Source: a virus
Taxonomy: Duplodnaviria; Caudoviricetes
Length of the DNA: 25,449 nt
Virus record (IMG/VR): IMGVR_UViG_3300032266_000268
Coordinates: 1 to 25,449 of that record
Direction: 5' to 3' (one strand)
Below, one piece after another: positions 23,767-25,449 of this stretch. The notes under the pieces were generated by a model. That model saw nothing but the letters and a program-made list of their open reading frames with translations, was not told the origin of the DNA and did not search any database. Positions within the stretch are counted from its first letter, which is position 1; the number at the start of each line of letters is the position of its first letter. A program made the position numbers and the translations under genes.

Positions 23767-25449
23767 CCAAACCCTTCAAACAAATAGTCACGATTGATTT
23801 TGAGACGCGCTGGTCCAAGGCGGACTATACGTTGTCCAAGATGACCACAGAGGAATACATCCGCGACCCAAGGTTTAAAGCGTTTGGTGCGTGCCTGCAT
23901 GAGTACGGATCGGACGAACCCCCACGCTGGTACAACGGAGAAGATCTGCATGTTGCGCTCGCACAACACGACTGGACCCAGACAGCAATCCTTGCGCACA
24001 ACGCGCAGTTCGACGTATCAATACTTGAGTGGAAGTACGACTGTCATCCGGTATTTATTCTGGATACGCTCAGCATGGCCCGCGCACTGCGCGGCACGGA
24101 AGCAGGAAACTCGCTAGCGCAGCTAGCTCAGGAATTTGATCTGCCACCCAAGGGCAACGCGGTACATAACACAGACGGACTCGAAGAACTAACGCCTGAG
24201 ATCGAGGCAGAGCTAGCCGAATACTGTGCGCATGATGTGATGCTGTGTGAGGAGATTTTTGTACGGCTATCTGCCGGGTACCCAGCTAAAGAACTACGCC
24301 TGATTGATCTGACGCTGAAGATGTACACACAGCCGCGCTTATTACTTGACGGCACGATGTTAACCAAGGCTATCGATGAGGAGCGCGCACAGCGCGAAGC
24401 ACTGCTGACCAATCTCGGTATCACAGACGCTGATCTGGCATCCAACCCTAAGTTTGCCCAGCTACTCGAGGCTGTTGGGGTACCCGCGCCTAGAAAAATC
24501 AGCAAGACCACGGGTGAGGAAACGCTAGCGCTGGCCAAGAATGATGCCATGTTCCAAGCAATCATGAACGGCGAGAACGAAGCAGCCGCGCTGCTCTGCG
24601 AAGCCCGACTGAAAGTAAAGAGCACGACCGAGCGCACCCGTGCGCAGCGGTTCCTAGACATCAGTAAGCGCGGACCTCTGCCTGTACCGCTGAGCTATTA
24701 CGGGGCCACTACGGGGCGCTGGACGGCATCTAAGGGCAGTGCGATCAACATGCAGAACCTAAAGCGTGGGAGTTTCCTGCGCAAGGCGATACTAGCGCCG
24801 ATGGGCCACACGATAGTAGTAGGTGACCTGTCCCAGATCGAGCCGCGCGTGCTCGCTTGGCTCTCAGACTACGAAGACATGCTGGACATCTTTCGTTCAG
24901 GCGCAGACCCATACGCAGCGTTTGGTGCGCAGATGTTCAACATCCCGGGAATGACTAAAGAGTCCCATCCCTTACTCAGACAGTCTAGCAAGTCTGCTTT
25001 ATTGGGCTGTGGCTACGGGCTGGGCTGGACATCGTTTGCGTCGCAGCTAATGGTTGGGTTCCTTGGAGCACCGCCGATCCGGTATCAAGTAGATTTTGCC
25101 AAGCAGCTAGGGGTCAACAAGGCATTGGCTACAAAATTCTTTGAGTGGCGCGAGACCGAGGCTCGCCTGTTGAACATTCCACACACCTGCACGCTTGAAG
25201 AGTTAGCTATTCATGCGGTTGCCGCCAAGCAGATCATTGACATCTACAGACAGACGGCCTATCCAGTGGTTAGTCTGTGGGCGCTGTGTACGAGGCTGAT
25301 GGTGGACTCGTTGGTAGAGGGCAAAGAACATACGCACAAATGCCTGACCTTCCGGTTCGAGGAGATCGAGCTACCCAACGGCATGAAGATCCGCTATCCC
25401 AACCTGCGCAAAGATGAAGACGGCAACTGGGTGTACGGCAAGGATGCAA
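23763..25449 (+). CDS. polA: family A DNA polymerase with 3'-5' exonuclease domain (3' end truncated by the window; absent from ORF track)
   Basis: TTG start; ExoI IDFET, ExoII HNAQFD, ExoIII YCAHD, TTGRW, motif A GDLSQIEPR (D at 24825) and motif B RQSSKSALLGCGYG (R at 24978), all in one frame. Confidence 0.95.
   Translation, partial: MTKPFKQIVTIDFETRWSKADYTLSKMTTEEYIRDPRFKAFGACLHEYGSDEPPRWYNGEDLHVALAQHDWTQTAILAHNAQFDVSILEWKYDCHPVFILDTLSMARALRGTEAGNSLAQLAQEFDLPPKGNAVHNTDGLEELTPEIEAELAEYCAHDVMLCEEIFVRLSAGYPAKELRLIDLTLKMYTQPRLLLDGTMLTKAIDEERAQREALLTNLGITDADLASNPKFAQLLEAVGVPAPRKISKTTGEETLALAKNDAMFQAIMNGENEAAALLCEARLKVKSTTERTRAQRFLDISKRGPLPVPLSYYGATTGRWTASKGSAINMQNLKRGSFLRKAILAPMGHTIVVGDLSQIEPRVLAWLSDYEDMLDIFRSGADPYAAFGAQMFNIPGMTKESHPLLRQSSKSALLGCGYGLGWTSFASQLMVGFLGAPPIRYQVDFAKQLGVNKALATKFFEWRETEARLLNIPHTCTLEELAIHAVAAKQIIDIYRQTAYPVVSLWALCTRLMVDSLVEGKEHTHKCLTFRFEEIELPNGMKIRYPNLRKDEDGNWVYGKDA

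Noticed and set aside
24128-24661. 177-aa minus-strand ORF
   Set aside because: Antisense shadow of the DNA polymerase gene
1-25449. tRNA or rRNA genes, reverse transcriptase/DGR, integrase
   Set aside because: No cloverleaf, rRNA-like segment, or RT or recombinase motifs were recognised by eye

Overview
The whole window is tailed dsDNA phage sequence. It looks like a podovirus-type aquatic phage (P22-like portal, Mu-gpT-like capsid, no tape measure visible), probably with a proteobacterial host. Bases 1-18916 carry a tightly coupled minus-strand late operon: TerS, TerL, portal, GroES-like co-chaperonin, scaffold, capsid proteins, tail fibres, a LamG receptor-binding protein, a fibre chaperone, small basic proteins and a putative adaptor, with two free-standing homing endonucleases inserted. 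A structured non-coding region (about 18920-19480) separates this operon from a plus-strand, visibly GC-richer cassette of six mostly small genes (19482-21400) ending in a UUCG terminator. A repeat-rich, origin-like region (about 21460-21960) follows, then replication genes (DUF3310, VRR-NUC, family A DNA polymerase truncated by the window end). The most striking unexplained signal is regulatory: a near-consensus sigma-54 (-24/-12) promoter lies in front of the small-gene cassette, and seven copies of a 15-bp CGGC-N7-GCCG palindrome (consensus CGGCAA-N3-TTGCCG) bracket the cassette. That palindrome resembles the enhancer sites of flagellar sigma-54 activators. There is also a pseudoknotted RNA element just downstream of the capsid gene and a cluster of small basic proteins that repeat a hydrophobic-x-x-GG motif. 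All family assignments come from motif recognition by eye, not from database searches.
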